Made by a program: the position numbers and the translations under genes. Shown here piece by piece: positions 1-11,512 of a stretch of DNA of 64,000 nucleotides; position 1 is the stretch's first letter, and the number at the start of each line of letters is the position of its first letter. The notes under the pieces were generated by a model. The model was not told where the DNA came from. It saw only the letters and a program-made list of their open reading frames with translations, and ran no database searches. This DNA is from Entomortierella parvispora E1425 (taxonomy: Eukaryota; Fungi; Mortierellomycota), in contig BQFW01000011.1 in assembly GCA_020891255.1 (NCBI GenBank), positions 310,001 to 374,000 of the forward strand, read 5' to 3'.

Positions 1-1107
1 GAACAGGGATGCTGGAAAAGATTGAACACGAAGAGACATTTCTCAAGGCAGTGCCTGCCAAGGAAGACATCTCCATCACCACAGTGGTAATGCTCCGACA
101 TGCATGATCTAAATCCCCATTCCAAGTTTTCTAGCTTGGATTCACTTGATTGATCCTTGGTTGTCGGTCTGTCCATCTCGTTGCCATAGGTACCGTTCAT
201 ATACCCAGCTTCGCTCAAGGAAGCCAAGGCACAGGAGCAGGTTCGCCAGCTATTGGCACATCGGATACCTTACCATCGCAAATACATGATCTACTCGGCG
301 CTTTGGGTCCCTGTCACTTCCCTGTTCACAATCGTGCCCTTGGTGCCCAACATCCCGTTCTTCTACAACGCATTTCGGCTCTGGAGTCACTGGAAAGGTA
401 AGGCGGGACCCTTTTTGTTCTGGAAGGCTTGGCGCGCTCTTTTCCCGCTCATCTATACATTTCCACCAAGACCACCTCCCAAGGAAACCAAAGCCAGACA
501 CTAACAATCTTTTTTCGTCAAATCCTTTTGAACCATCACAGCGTACAGCGGCGCCAAGCATTTGGAGTTCTTGGTGAAGAACGGAACCATGACGTTCGAA
601 CCTAGCCCAGTTTTGGACCAAGGATTACAGCACGACCCCCAATTCGCCGTTTTCTTTAACGGATCATACCACCTCTCCAACACACGGCGATCGGCTTGGA
701 TGCGAAAGACCGAATTGAGCGATGTGATCTTGGCGGAATCTTCGGGGGAAATCACTCCGACGCTGTCTTCGTCATCGCCAACCCCACCAACATCGTCCTC
801 TACGTCGTCGCAGGCAACATTGTCTTCGACTAATAATACAGAAAGGCATAGATCCACGGGATCCTCGACACCACGAAAATCAGAGAAGCCAGCAAAGCCA
901 AAGCCAATGCCCACAAGTGTCGATGATCCGTTGACAATGACAGACCATGTCGTGCGAGAGGGCTTCTTGACCGATGCTGAGATTCAAAGTATATGTATTG
1001 CGTTTGATCGGCCGCCGATGATGACCCGTGAGATTCAACGCGCGCGATTTCAAGAGGCAGAGAAAGTGGTGAAGCGGCTACTGAGTGCCCCACAGGAAAC
1101 AGAATAG
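1..1107 (+). CDS. Mitochondrial K+/H+ exchange-related (Mit_KHE1-like) protein, 3' part; 5' end lies outside the window
   Basis: Exons <1-86, 190-397 and 542-1107 are joined in frame by GT-AG introns 87-189 and 398-541. The segment HRIPYHRKYMIYSALWVPVTSLFTIVPLVPNIPFFYNAFRLWSHWKAYSGAKHL resembles the Mit_KHE1 family (recognition from memory). Confidence 0.7.
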
Positions 1108-1290
1108 ACATCCTATAAACGTGCGGACGGATAGTGGCGCAACCTTTTAGACACATATTTCGACACCACGAAACTGGTGCGAACACCAGCCTTTCTGCCG
1201 ACGTTGTTTGTTGAAAAATGACAAAAGAATGATAGACCCACAAAAGATGGTGCATCAAATGTATTTATTGATAAGCTCAAAATCTAAACA

Positions 1291-4200
1291 CTACTGCCTC
1301 AACGCCGAATCAACTGTGAAGAGACGAGGAGCAATCGACATTGACATCAACTCTTGAACAAGCAACTTCATAGAATAGGGGATGTGGATCTGAGAAATCT
1401 GTGTCGTGTTCTTGCACGATCGACACTCAAAACTGTTCTTGGACAGGGATGCAATCGCCATCAGTCCACAAAGGTCGCAGACATGCACCCGATAAGCATC
1501 CGACGCATCAAACAAACGTTCCTTCAGGAACTGAGCCACTCCGTGAGAGATCATACTATATAGATCAAAGAATATCCTCCAAAGGTTAGCAGGCAAAAAA
1601 AAAACTCTAGCGAGATGTCAGAGAAATAATCGACAAACAAAATAAAACATACCAATCACGTTCCATCTCTCCGAAACGAAGACCTCCGTCACGACTCCTT
1701 CCTTCCACAGGCTGACGGGTAAGGATCTGCACGGGTCCTCTAGCACGCGAATGAATCTTGTCATCCACCATATGCTTCAAACGCTGGTAGTAAGTGGGTC
1801 CCAAGAACACCTGGGCAGCCAATTTGCGTCCGGTGTGCCCGTTGTACATAACCTCAAATCCACGCTGCTGGTAGTTGTGCTTCTTCAGAGCTTCCGAGAT
1901 AGCCTCCACAGTCACGTCCGTAAATGGTGTGGCATCACCCTCACTTCCCTCCAACGTCGATACCTTGGACAGTAGACACTCGACCAAATGCCCGATGGTC
2001 ATACGAGATGGAATGGCGTGAGGATTGATGATGATATCCGGCGTAATACCCTCGGATGTGAAGGGCATATCTTCTTGACGGTATGTAATACCAATTGTTC
2101 CCTTTTGACCGTGACGAGACGCGAATTTGTCTCCCATCTGAGGGACACGAGTGGAGCGAACGCGAACCTTCACAAATTTGACACCTTCGTGATTGGTCGT
2201 CAACATGACTTGGTCCACAATTCCAGTTTCCGTCGATCTCAGTGGCGTCGAGGCATCCAATTTGGAATGAGCTCCTGTGCGCTGACCCATCTCTGTGGAA
2301 TCCTCGGGAATTGGCTTGGTCTTGCCAATGATAATGTCGTCTCCAGAGACACGAGTTCCTGGCGCAATCAAACCATCATCGTCCAACTTTTCGTATGTTC
2401 CATGACGCAGACGCAGGACATGCTCCCGTGTTGGTCGCTCAAACTCTTCCATGGTCGTCATTCCAATCTTCTTTTCCTGATCCATATAGGTGCGGAAGTA
2501 AATACTCCGGAAGAGTCCACGATCAATCGAGGACTGGTTCATAATAACAGAATCTTCCTGGTTGTAACCAGAGTAGCAAAGAATAGCCACGACCGCGTTT
2601 TGTCCTGCTGGAAGTTCACGGAAGCGAAGATATTCCATAGAGCGCGTAGTTGCCAGGGGTTTCTGAGGGTAGTACAAGATATTGGCCAGAGTGTCCATGC
2701 GAACTTGATAATTGGTGACGTAAATTCCCATGGCCTGCTTACCCATAGCAGACTGGTAAGTATTACGTGGAGACTATAATGAAAGACAAATGAACCATTA
2801 GATACAGAAGAGACAAGGTACATACACAATCCATCTTTTGCATGAAAATGCCATCTTACCTGGTTGTGATCGGGGAAAGGAATAATACTAGCACAAATGC
2901 CAAGAATCATACTGGGGTGAATCTCGCAATGGGTCCAGGTGTGAAGAGATGCAGATGAAGTACCCTTAACACGGCCAGACGAGTCTCTGGGCTGGGCCAC
3001 ATGGTCCACACGACGCGATTCTGCCAAATCATCCGGAGTCATACAGATCATAATGGTCTCCTCTTCTTCAGCGTCCACAAACTCCACAATACCGTTGCTC
3101 AAAAGATCGTTCCAACCCCATGGTTCCTATAACAAAAGAGAGCAAATAACAGAAACAGTGAGCAAAGGAGATCATCAGATCCAGAAAAAAAACAGAGTAA
3201 TAAAGCGCTCACTTACCACCGTCTTGCCCTCATCATTCAGGTACATCATCTTTTGGAGCTCATCCACATGCTCCTTCTGCAGCAACAACTTCTGGTCCTC
3301 AACAATAAAAAGAGGGCGCAAACAACGTCCTGCATCCGTGTACATTCTCAACTCCTTCTCGCGAATATCCTTGACGATCGAGACCTCGGGATTGATGTCC
3401 ATGTTTCGCCTCAAACGCTTCAAGGTCTGGACAAGACTGCTGGGATCGCGATGAACACCTGCCCATACACCGTTCACAAAGACCTTTGTTGCATTCGAAA
3501 TGTTGTTTGCGGTCAATTCCTCCAAGTTCTCCATTCCCCACTCTTCCAAGAACTCGAGGATAGGAGCGGATGGAGATCCCACAGAGATTGCCGTCATCAA
3601 AGCCAAGTTTTTGACAAGACCGCAAGCCTGACCCTCGGGCGTCTCTGCAGGGCAGACCATACCCCAATGAGTATTATGAAGCTGACGAGGCTTGGCCAGC
3701 TTTCCGTCACGTCCAATAGGGGTATTGCAACGACGCAAATGGGACAGGGTCGAGGCAAAGGTATATCTGTTCAATACCTGGGAGACACCAGCTCTGGACT
3801 GCATGGCTTTCAGCTGCTCTCCCCAGTTTCCGGTGGCCAACGAATACTTGAGTCCGTTTGTGATGGTGTTGGATTTCACGGCAACAGACAAGACAAAGTC
3901 CTTGTTCGAATCAATGCACTAATGTTTATAAAATTAACATTAAAAACTTGGATTCACCAGCGAGAAGTTTTTCAGTCCAAAAAAATTAATATTTTTCGCC
4001 TTACCTTGCGCAAGTACTTGCTAACATCCTTGGTCAACTTTGTAAACAGCATCTTGAACAGACCTCCCAGGAGGGGTCCCGCCAGATCCATGCGTTTCTT
4101 TCCATAGTGATCACGATCATCAACATCCCGACGAGCCAGAGCAGCGAGGAGAAGACGGTGGATCATGTAGCCAAAGAAGTAGGCCTTCCTGGTCTGGTTA

Positions 4201-5636
4201 TGAGACTGTGTACCAACATGAGGCAGGAACTCTTTCTGCAGAATCTCAGTGGCATATTTTGTACGCTTCTCCTTTGTCACACCCACAGTGGTTCCTCTCT
4301 TGCCGATATAGTCCAGAGCGACCTCCTTATCCTGGATCACAAAAGCCTGCTCGATACAAGGCTTCAGCATCTCCAACATTTGGTAGTCATTGCGATCGTA
4401 GCAGATGTGCTCCAAGACGTCACGATCGGCCACCAAACCCAGGGCACGGAACACTACCACCACGGGAATGCCATCGCGAATATAAGGGAGTGTGGCCTCG
4501 ATAGTCTGTCCGGTTCCCGCGCGTTCCGCTGACCGAGAAAGCAACTTTACCCAAACGGGGGACGCATTCTTGGAACCGCGCTCGACCGAACTTCTGATTT
4601 CTGCTGTAAAAGAGTACTTGTGTCCCTGTGGTTTGTTGAAGACGTAGACGGTATTTGTAGCCATGCGCTCCTGAGCAATAAGAACCTTTTCTGATCCGTT
4701 AATGACGAAGTAACCACCCTATAAAGAAAATCAAACGGTTGTTAAAAAGAAGAGCCCAACCAACATGAGCCTTGATATGATCAGTAGTGGAGTCGGTGCC
4801 TTTACCTGATCGTATTGACACTCGTTCATCTTTTGCAGCTCATTGTCATCTAATCCAGTCAACATGCAGTATGTCGACTTTAACATGATGGGCACCATGC
4901 CGATAAAGATCTTGTTCATGTCTCCGCCATCTTCGTTGTCTTCAGCCTCCATGAACATGTCGTGTGGGTTCGTCTTGCCCTTGTTCTTTTCATGATGGGG
5001 GTTGGCGACCTTGACAGTCTTTCGCATGTCCACGTAAAGAGGCGCAGCATATCTAGTGATGAAGAACAAGAACCAAGAACATGGTCAGCCCTCTGCCTAT
5101 GGATGAGGGCTCTAGGTCTGCCAGTCCAGAAAAGAAGATGTCGCCTCTATCCTTACGTCAAACTACGCAGACGCGCTTCGTGAGGGTACATGGGTTGTGT
5201 GCTTCCGTCTGATTCTGTCATACTTGGTCGCGACAAGTAGATCTGTCCAAAGTTGATCTCGTAACGTTTCTAATGGAAGCAAAGCAGATCAAACACAGTC
5301 AGGTTGATGCGATGCAGACCAGACGATGCCAGCCAATCTGTCAAAAAGACGAGATTCACTGCAAAACAGACAAAGAGCAACATTAAGAACACAAAGACGC
5401 ACTGTCAAATCGCCCTCGGCACCTGTGTGCTGGCTCGAGGTCTGGAGGATCATGTCCGAGTTTTCATCGACAAGCTCCTGCATTGTGTTTTGGATGAACT
5501 CGTCAAAGGAGTCGAGCTGCTGACGCACAAGGCCCTTGTCTTCGAAAAACGACGAGATCACGGCCCAGCAGTCCTCCTGGGTGATGGCCTCCTGGTCCAA
5601 GTCCTCGTCGAGATAGTATGCGCTGTCGTCTGCCAT
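1291..5636 (-). CDS. RPB2: DNA-directed RNA polymerase II second-largest subunit, multi-exon
   Basis: Hallmark motifs [61 protein letters not shown](C) and the C-terminal zinc module CDLC..CRSC. ATG (MADDSAYY) at 5636, TAG at 1291. Confidence 0.98.
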
Positions 5637-6135
5637 GGCCGTAGTCGTAGGGGTGGGAGTGGGGATGGGAGCAGTAGCAAGCAAGCAAACGCGCAAGGAT
5701 CAAAAGAGATGCAGAGAAGTGCAATGACAATGACAGCAGATGGAGATCAGATGAGATCAGACGAGATCCGAGGCAGACAGAACAAGGCGTGATGGGTCCA
5801 CCACGAACAAGAAAAGATGGACGAGTGCGGGCAAAGAAAGCAAAGAGAGAAGAAGAAGAAGAAAGAGGAACGAAAAGGGGAACGAAGCACAATGAAGAGA
5901 AGAAAAGAAAAGGACACTGCGAAGAGCAAACGAAGGAACGAAAGGAATGCTGCGCTGCAGATAAAGAAGAGAGACAGACAATGCACACCGCAGGGGGGAA
6001 GGACGAGTGAAGGGGCGTTGGTTCGCCTTTCCTCGTCCTTCCCCCCCGCCGGTCACTCGCTACATCACGTCACCGGAGAGACGATCGCATGGCTAGCACA
6101 GCTACATACTCTGGATCGCAAGTGCTGCCTGCCTT

Positions 6136-6443
6136 TGTTGATGGCCAGGTCGGTACGATACACCCTTAAGTAGAACCACTATATGTAGTTGCTCGCACGG
6201 CGTGGCCCTCTGCTCTGTATCCGTCTTATTCCACATTGATCGATACTGACAGAGGCCAGCACGGCGACACTTAGGTAGAGCAGCCCTCTCATTATTTATT
6301 ATTATCAATACATGATCCGTCTTATTCCACATTGATCGATACTGACAGAGGCCAGCACGGCGACACTTAGTCTGATTCTCACTCGTCACCTAGGATTGCC
6401 ATATCCCGCACAGCGCCCCTCAAGCCTGCCCCCGTACGCAACA
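6136..6443 (+). repeat. 5' LTR containing an internal 56-bp direct repeat (6219-6274 and 6315-6370)
   Basis: Base-by-base identical to 11513-11820; TG...CA ends. Confidence 0.97.
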
Positions 6444-6449
6444 GTCTTT

Positions 6450-6467
6450 TGGTGATCTACGCAGGGG
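6450..6467 (+). promoter_or_regulatory. Putative primer-binding site TGGTGATCTACGCAGGGG
   Basis: Begins with TGG (complement of tRNA CCA) 6 nt after the 5' LTR. The cognate tRNA would end ...CCTGCGTAGATCACCA; it is not one of the two tRNAs in this window. Confidence 0.5.
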
Positions 6468-6479
6468 GGGGAAGTGACG

Positions 6480-8336
6480 ATGGTGAAAACAGATTTGTTA
6501 AAGGCGTTGACCGATGAGATCCCGAGGTGGCCCATAGCCAACAAGAAGGGAACCGAAGCTTCCGCTCGAGCATGGATCCGCGAGCTAGGAGACTTTTGGG
6601 CCGACGAAGGATTTTCGTTCCAGCTGTATGTGGTTCGGAGTAAGTTAGACGACCCCACGAAGAGTTGGTTAGCATGGTGGAGACACGCTGTCCCCGAGAA
6701 TGAACAGAACTGGACCAAGTTAGTAAAGGATTTCGCGCAAGAACATGTCCAGGAACGTACCCCCGCCACGACCAAAGCAGAGATTATGAGAATGACCCAA
6801 GGTGACAAAGAGCCTTCGGACGACTACGTTAAACGGTTGGAGCTGAAGTTAGCAATGCTGCCGAAGGACGAGGATGGGAAATACAAACTGAGTCCAGATG
6901 AAGAGGAGATGATCGCCCTTCAGTTTTGTACCGGTCTCCATCGCGATCACAAGTTCAAGACGAGGAACACAGAGCCATCCAAGACTATTGCCGAAACGAT
7001 CAAGAATGTATCCAAGCTGGGAGAGATCAACCGCTGGGAGGACGTTCCCGACAGGCAGCGTGAGCTGAGAGATAGGAACTGGTCGGAAGAGACTCCAAGT
7101 CAAGGAGACAATATTTTGTTGGGTACCACGTCGGTATCGCGACCGCAGTTCGCTCGCTTCAAGAACGATTTCGGGAAAGAAGTTATCAACAATGCATCAG
7201 ATATTGACGACTTGGTCAAGTTGTTTGGGGCCTGGACAATCACTGACTTCACCGAAACCAAGCCAGAGAACCGAGTTACTGAAGCGATCAAGCGGCTCGA
7301 TGTCAACGTTGCCCGAAGAGTACTTCACAACACTTCGTTATCGAGGCATGTGTCGTTGGCGAACATCCCGCCGCCGCCCGCGCCTCCCATACAAGGAAAC
7401 CCGAACAGTGGAGCGGCTGTTGTCCCGGGGGGGTCTTATCCACCTTGCCCCGAATGCAACCAGATGGGACATGGGCGAGCCCGTTGCCCGCGAGCGGAAT
7501 GTCGCAATTGTGGCCAGCTGGGTCACATTTCGTACAATTGTCCAAATAACAGAGTGAACACAACGGTAGCACAAACTGAGCCGAATTCGAGAGCAGAGCA
7601 AGATTCGTCGAGGCGAGTTCGAGTTGTTAATGGAGACGGAGCCACTAGTGCTCTTGTGGCCACGAGAGCAATGGGTCGAACAGCGCCAGCCTCAGGGCCA
7701 CTGCAGAGAAATAGAGCAGATCGTAGCAGTGTGCCAACAGGGATAGGATCTCAGAGGAGAGCCGAGACCACAGGGATAGCACCACCAATTCGAAGGATGG
7801 ATGTTGAACCGGAGGCCGAACAAGAACAAACTCAGGAGGTACCCCAGCCACTGAGGAAGTTAAAGGTCAAGGAGATTGCCGCAATGAAGTTGAGGAAGGT
7901 TCGCATTCCTGTTGTGCCAGACCCCGAAATCATACGACAAGTCGAAGAGTTAGAATTCGACCCTGAGATCGTGGACAAGCACCGAGGAAGGATGGCCCCA
8001 CAATTAAAAGGCCGCCATAGGAGCGATTTGGACAGAGCGACGAGACAAACGCAAGGCTCCCAAGGAAAAGCGAGGAGTAACGTTCGCGAATCGCGCCAGT
8101 GTTCAACCGGGAGACCAGGTTACTGCATGGATAGGCAACCACCGGTTGGACAACTGCATCGTCGACCCAGGCAACGAGAAGACCATGATTTCAGAGCATG
8201 CTGCCAAGCAAGTCGGTCTGGAAGTGCGTGCCACCGTAAACCAGATCAGACAGGCCGACGGGGTACCCATTCCCTTGGTGGGCACTACTGGACAATTTAC
8301 GTTCTCGGTAGCTGGCACCGAGGTAGAGATGGGTAG
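6480..8336 (+). CDS. Retrotransposon Gag with two CCHC zinc knuckles
   Basis: ATG 6480; CPECNQMGHGRARC and CRNCGQLGHISYNC (CX2CX4HX4C). The meaningful reading probably shifts to the +1 frame near 8007. Confidence 0.85.
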   Translation: MVKTDLLKALTDEIPRWPIANKKGTEASARAWIRELGDFWADEGFSFQLYVVRSKLDDPTKSWLAWWRHAVPENEQNWTKLVKDFAQEHVQERTPATTKAEIMRMTQGDKEPSDDYVKRLELKLAMLPKDEDGKYKLSPDEEEMIALQFCTGLHRDHKFKTRNTEPSKTIAETIKNVSKLGEINRWEDVPDRQRELRDRNWSEETPSQGDNILLGTTSVSRPQFARFKNDFGKEVINNASDIDDLVKLFGAWTITDFTETKPENRVTEAIKRLDVNVARRVLHNTSLSRHVSLANIPPPPAPPIQGNPNSGAAVVPGGSYPPCPECNQMGHGRARCPRAECRNCGQLGHISYNCPNNRVNTTVAQTEPNSRAEQDSSRRVRVVNGDGATSALVATRAMGRTAPASGPLQRNRADRSSVPTGIGSQRRAETTGIAPPIRRMDVEPEAEQEQTQEVPQPLRKLKVKEIAAMKLRKVRIPVVPDPEIIRQVEELEFDPEIVDKHRGRMAPQLKGRHRSDLDRATRQTQGSQGKARSNVRESRQCSTGRPGYCMDRQPPVGQLHRRPRQREDHDFRACCQASRSGSACHRKPDQTGRRGTHSLGGHYWTIYVLGSWHRGRDG

Positions 8337-9321
8337 AGGAATGAACGTCATTGACTGCCAGCGATCGTACGATATGTTGCTTGGTGATGATTGGTTGAAA
8401 GCTGTCCGGGCGAAAGGGAAGTGGACCAGCAACGCTGTGGCCTACTACGTCACTCGGAATGGCAAGAAGGTCAAGCTAGGAATCGATCCCACTTTCGAGA
8501 GTAGCGATGACTCTATCACTGATGACTCCAGTAGCGAGGACGACGACAATATTTTTCCGGTCTTTGACGAAGACGACGAGGTCGAGCAGGCCCGCTCGTT
8601 TCGAGTCCAGGAAGTCCAAGTCGAGGGCAATGGAGAGATAGACGTCGTGAGGGACAATAAAGCCGCAACCGTTTCTCAGTACACCATTGGAGGGCACCCA
8701 ATCGATATCAACCCGGAGTTATCCCCTGAACAGCACAGTGAGGTTGTCGCACTATTAGAGCGCAACAAAGACCGATTCACGATGGATTTGAGCGAGTTGG
8801 AGGTCACCGACGTGCTCGAGCATGAGATTAATGTCAAGCCAGGAGCAAAACCAGTATATGTAGCCGGGTGCAGACGGTACGCGCCAAAAGAAAAAGAATA
8901 CCTGAAGAAGAATCTCGACGAGGAACTGAAGGCTGGCAAGATCATTCCTATGGAGTCGGAGTGGTGTGCACCCTTGTCCTTCGCACCAAAAGAAAGACGG
9001 CAACATTCGGAAGTGCGTCGCGTATATCGGATTGAACAAAGTGACAGAGCGAGAAAGCTGGCCACTACCCAATATCGAGGAGATCTTGGACGAGTTAGCC
9101 GGATTCAACTACTACACAGGGTTGGATGGATTTCAAGGGTACTACGTCATCGGCATCAAAAAGGACCACGTCAAGTACCTAGGATTCAGGACACCGTTTG
9201 GGACATACGCCTACAAAGTGCTTCCGTTCGGGTTGAAGAACGCTCCGCACACGTTCAGCAGATTCGTAGCCAAAGTGTATGCGGACTTAATTGGCCGGGT
9301 CATGAATGCTTATATGGATGA
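8008..9321 (+). CDS. Retrotransposon aspartic protease plus the N-terminal part of RT (+1 frame relative to gag)
   Basis: Frame open from 8008 (after TAA 8005). Protease-like CIVDPGNEKTMIS and YDMLLGDDWL; RT start HEINVKPGAKPV...SEWCAPLSFAPK to about 8991. Confidence 0.8.
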   Translation, partial: KAAIGAIWTERRDKRKAPKEKRGVTFANRASVQPGDQVTAWIGNHRLDNCIVDPGNEKTMISEHAAKQVGLEVRATVNQIRQADGVPIPLVGTTGQFTFSVAGTEVEMGRGMNVIDCQRSYDMLLGDDWLKAVRAKGKWTSNAVAYYVTRNGKKVKLGIDPTFESSDDSITDDSSSEDDDNIFPVFDEDDEVEQARSFRVQEVQVEGNGEIDVVRDNKAATVSQYTIGGHPIDINPELSPEQHSEVVALLERNKDRFTMDLSELEVTDVLEHEINVKPGAKPVYVAGCRRYAPKEKEYLKKNLDEELKAGKIIPMESEWCAPLSFAPKERRQHSEVRRVYRIEQSDRARKLATTQYRGDLGRVSRIQLLHRVGWISRVLRHRHQKGPRQVPRIQDTVWDIRLQSASVRVEERSAHVQQIRSQSVCGLNWPGHECLYG

Positions 9322-11479
9322 CGTGTGTGCGCGGACCAAAACGTGGGCCGAGCACCTCGACGCTTTGGAGTCTGTGTTTGCAGCTGCTCGTAAGGCTGGA
9401 GTCAAGTATAAGACCAGCAAGGCGCACATCGGTTACCCCAAGGTTACGTTCACTGGACACGTTGTTGGAGCAGGAGGGATCGAAGTCATGGCTGAGAAGG
9501 TCGACAAAATCCTGAATTTCGAACCGTTGGATAGCAAGGAAGCCGTCCGATCGTTTCTAGGGCTGACAGGGTATTATCGACGATTCGTAGAGAACTACGC
9601 CATGGTCGCCGAGCCACTCACGAAATTGCTGCGGAAGACCGCCAAATTCGTGTGGGAAGCAACACAGCAGGCTGCCATGCGGGAGTTACAGAAGAGACTG
9701 ACCGAAGCACCGTTACTGAAGCAGCCAGAGTTCGAGAAGGATTGGTTCGTATTCGTAGACGCTTGTGTTTACGCCATCGGAGGTGCGCTCGAACAGCGAG
9801 ACGGAGATGGACAGCTGCGACCTGTTTATTTCTACAGCAAGACCCTACAAGGAGCCGAGAGGAACTACGGTACATTCGAGCAAGAGTGTCTGGCCATTGT
9901 GTACTGCGTTAAGAAGTTCAGACCATACATTTTGGGCCGACAGACCACTGTGTATTCCGACCACGCTCCTCTGGCATGGTTATTCTCGAAAAGCGATCTG
10001 ACTGGAAGACCCGCTCGATGGCAGATGATTCTATCCGAGTTTGATCTGGTTGTAAAGACGCGACCAGGGGCGAAGAACGGCAACGCAGACGGAATGAGTC
10101 GAGTCCGGGTGCGTCCCGGAAAAGATAGCGACGACATCGACGATGAAATCCCGGACCCTTTTTGTTTTCGAGTCGTTGTGGTGGAAGACAAGTGGGCCGT
10201 GAGTCCATGGTACCGCAACACCTATACGTATCTGGCGACTGGTACACTCGTGTTAGAAGACGCTGCGGAAGCGAGAAGAGTGAAGCGCAACGCCTACCGC
10301 TATCGGATTGATGACGCCGGACGGTTGTTGTATCGAGATGCAGACCATGTGGACAAGCAGTGTGCACTTGCGGACGATATCGACGACATTCTCGCCAGGG
10401 CTCATGATATCGGAGGGCACTACGGCGCTGAAGCGACGCTTGCAACCATTCGGACTAACACATGGTGGCCAACGATGAGGGCGGACGTATTCCATTGGGT
10501 CAAGTCGTGCAAACAGTGCCAGCGATTTGGAACGAGAGCGAAGAACAATGAGCTGCGACCGACTGAGGCTGAGTTTCCGTTCGAAGTGATTTTCATCGAT
10601 TTGATCGAGGAATTGCCTATCACTGATCGAGGGATGACGGCCGTTGTTGTAGTGGTGGACTCATTCACCAAGTGGGTTGAAGCATGGCCCATCAGAGATA
10701 AGACGGCTGGGAGTGTTACCACGATTTTGTTCCAGCGCATCCTTTGCAGATTTGGTATGCCTGTCGCGATCCGAACAGATGGTGGTCCAGCGTTCAGGAC
10801 CGGGTTCAAAACGATGTGTGAGATGTTTGACATCCAACACTTGGTTGGATCCACAAGACACCCGCAGAGTCAGGGGCAGGTGGAAGCGATGAATAAGCAG
10901 CTGGAAGAGAGGCTGAGACGCGCACTGATCCCAGGAGTACCGCAGAACCAGTGGGATCAATATTTGCCAAAGGCTGTGTCCGACATCAATAACCATGTTG
11001 TGGCCGCAACAGGAATGTCCCCGATGCAAGCGCTGATGGGATACATTGGGCAGTCGGCATTGAAACGACACCTGGCGCAACAATGGCAAGAGGCAGCTCC
11101 CATTGCTGAGCAGTTGACTGAAGAGCAAGAGGTGATGGCCCGATTTGTCTGTCAACGAGAAGGCATCCGAGAACACGCGTATCAGAACCGTCTCAAGGCT
11201 AACGAGCGGATGAAGAGGTACTACGACCTAAAGGTTCGACCTGTTTCCTTTGAGGTTGGAGAACAAGTATGGGTGTATAACCTATCTGTCATCTCGGGAA
11301 TTGGCCGCAAGTTGACACCACGTTGGTTGGGGCCATTCGAGGTGGCATGGGTAGGCAAGAAAGGGTCCTACGGCGTGCGCACAGGAAGACAGCATTATGG
11401 TACTATTAATGGTGTTGAAAAATTGAATGGAGATATGTTAAAGAAGGTGGTGGAAAGAAGAGCGCCTTGGAAGATGTGA
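8990..11479 (+). CDS. Retrotransposon Pol: RT, RNase H, integrase (+1 frame relative to the protease ORF)
   Basis: RT LDGFQGY, LPFGLKNAP, YMDD; RNase H FVDAC, EQECLAI, YSDHAPL; integrase H-H-C-C zinc finger, FIDL / TDGG / QVE catalytic triad, WLGPF. Confidence 0.95.
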   Translation, partial: KKDGNIRKCVAYIGLNKVTERESWPLPNIEEILDELAGFNYYTGLDGFQGYYVIGIKKDHVKYLGFRTPFGTYAYKVLPFGLKNAPHTFSRFVAKVYADLIGRVMNAYMDDVCARTKTWAEHLDALESVFAAARKAGVKYKTSKAHIGYPKVTFTGHVVGAGGIEVMAEKVDKILNFEPLDSKEAVRSFLGLTGYYRRFVENYAMVAEPLTKLLRKTAKFVWEATQQAAMRELQKRLTEAPLLKQPEFEKDWFVFVDACVYAIGGALEQRDGDGQLRPVYFYSKTLQGAERNYGTFEQECLAIVYCVKKFRPYILGRQTTVYSDHAPLAWLFSKSDLTGRPARWQMILSEFDLVVKTRPGAKNGNADGMSRVRVRPGKDSDDIDDEIPDPFCFRVVVVEDKWAVSPWYRNTYTYLATGTLVLEDAAEARRVKRNAYRYRIDDAGRLLYRDADHVDKQCALADDIDDILARAHDIGGHYGAEATLATIRTNTWWPTMRADVFHWVKSCKQCQRFGTRAKNNELRPTEAEFPFEVIFIDLIEELPITDRGMTAVVVVVDSFTKWVEAWPIRDKTAGSVTTILFQRILCRFGMPVAIRTDGGPAFRTGFKTMCEMFDIQHLVGSTRHPQSQGQVEAMNKQLEERLRRALIPGVPQNQWDQYLPKAVSDINNHVVAATGMSPMQALMGYIGQSALKRHLAQQWQEAAPIAEQLTEEQEVMARFVCQREGIREHAYQNRLKANERMKRYYDLKVRPVSFEVGEQVWVYNLSVISGIGRKLTPRWLGPFEVAWVGKKGSYGVRTGRQHYGTINGVEKLNGDMLKKVVERRAPWKM

Positions 11480-11505
11480 CCTGCCAGAGGCCGGGTTCAC
11501 ATCTC

Positions 11506-11512
11506 GGGGGGG
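11506..11512 (+). promoter_or_regulatory. Putative polypurine tract (G7) abutting the 3' LTR
   Basis: GGGGGGG immediately before TGTTG at 11513. Confidence 0.5.

Noticed and set aside
5289-6173. Many overlapping low-complexity ORFs (also 35339-36800 and 42400-43140)
   Set aside because: These arise from CT/GA-rich promoter and UTR tracts or the antisense of real exons.
6219-6370. CRISPR-like repeat-spacer-repeat
   Set aside because: Only two 56-bp units, lying inside a retrotransposon LTR in a eukaryote, with no cas genes.
8070-8076. Ty3-like GCG-AGG-A +1 frameshift site in gag
   Set aside because: Possible, but the protein reads more naturally through the earlier join at 8004-8010 (APQLK|AAIGAIW); it cannot be supported without data.
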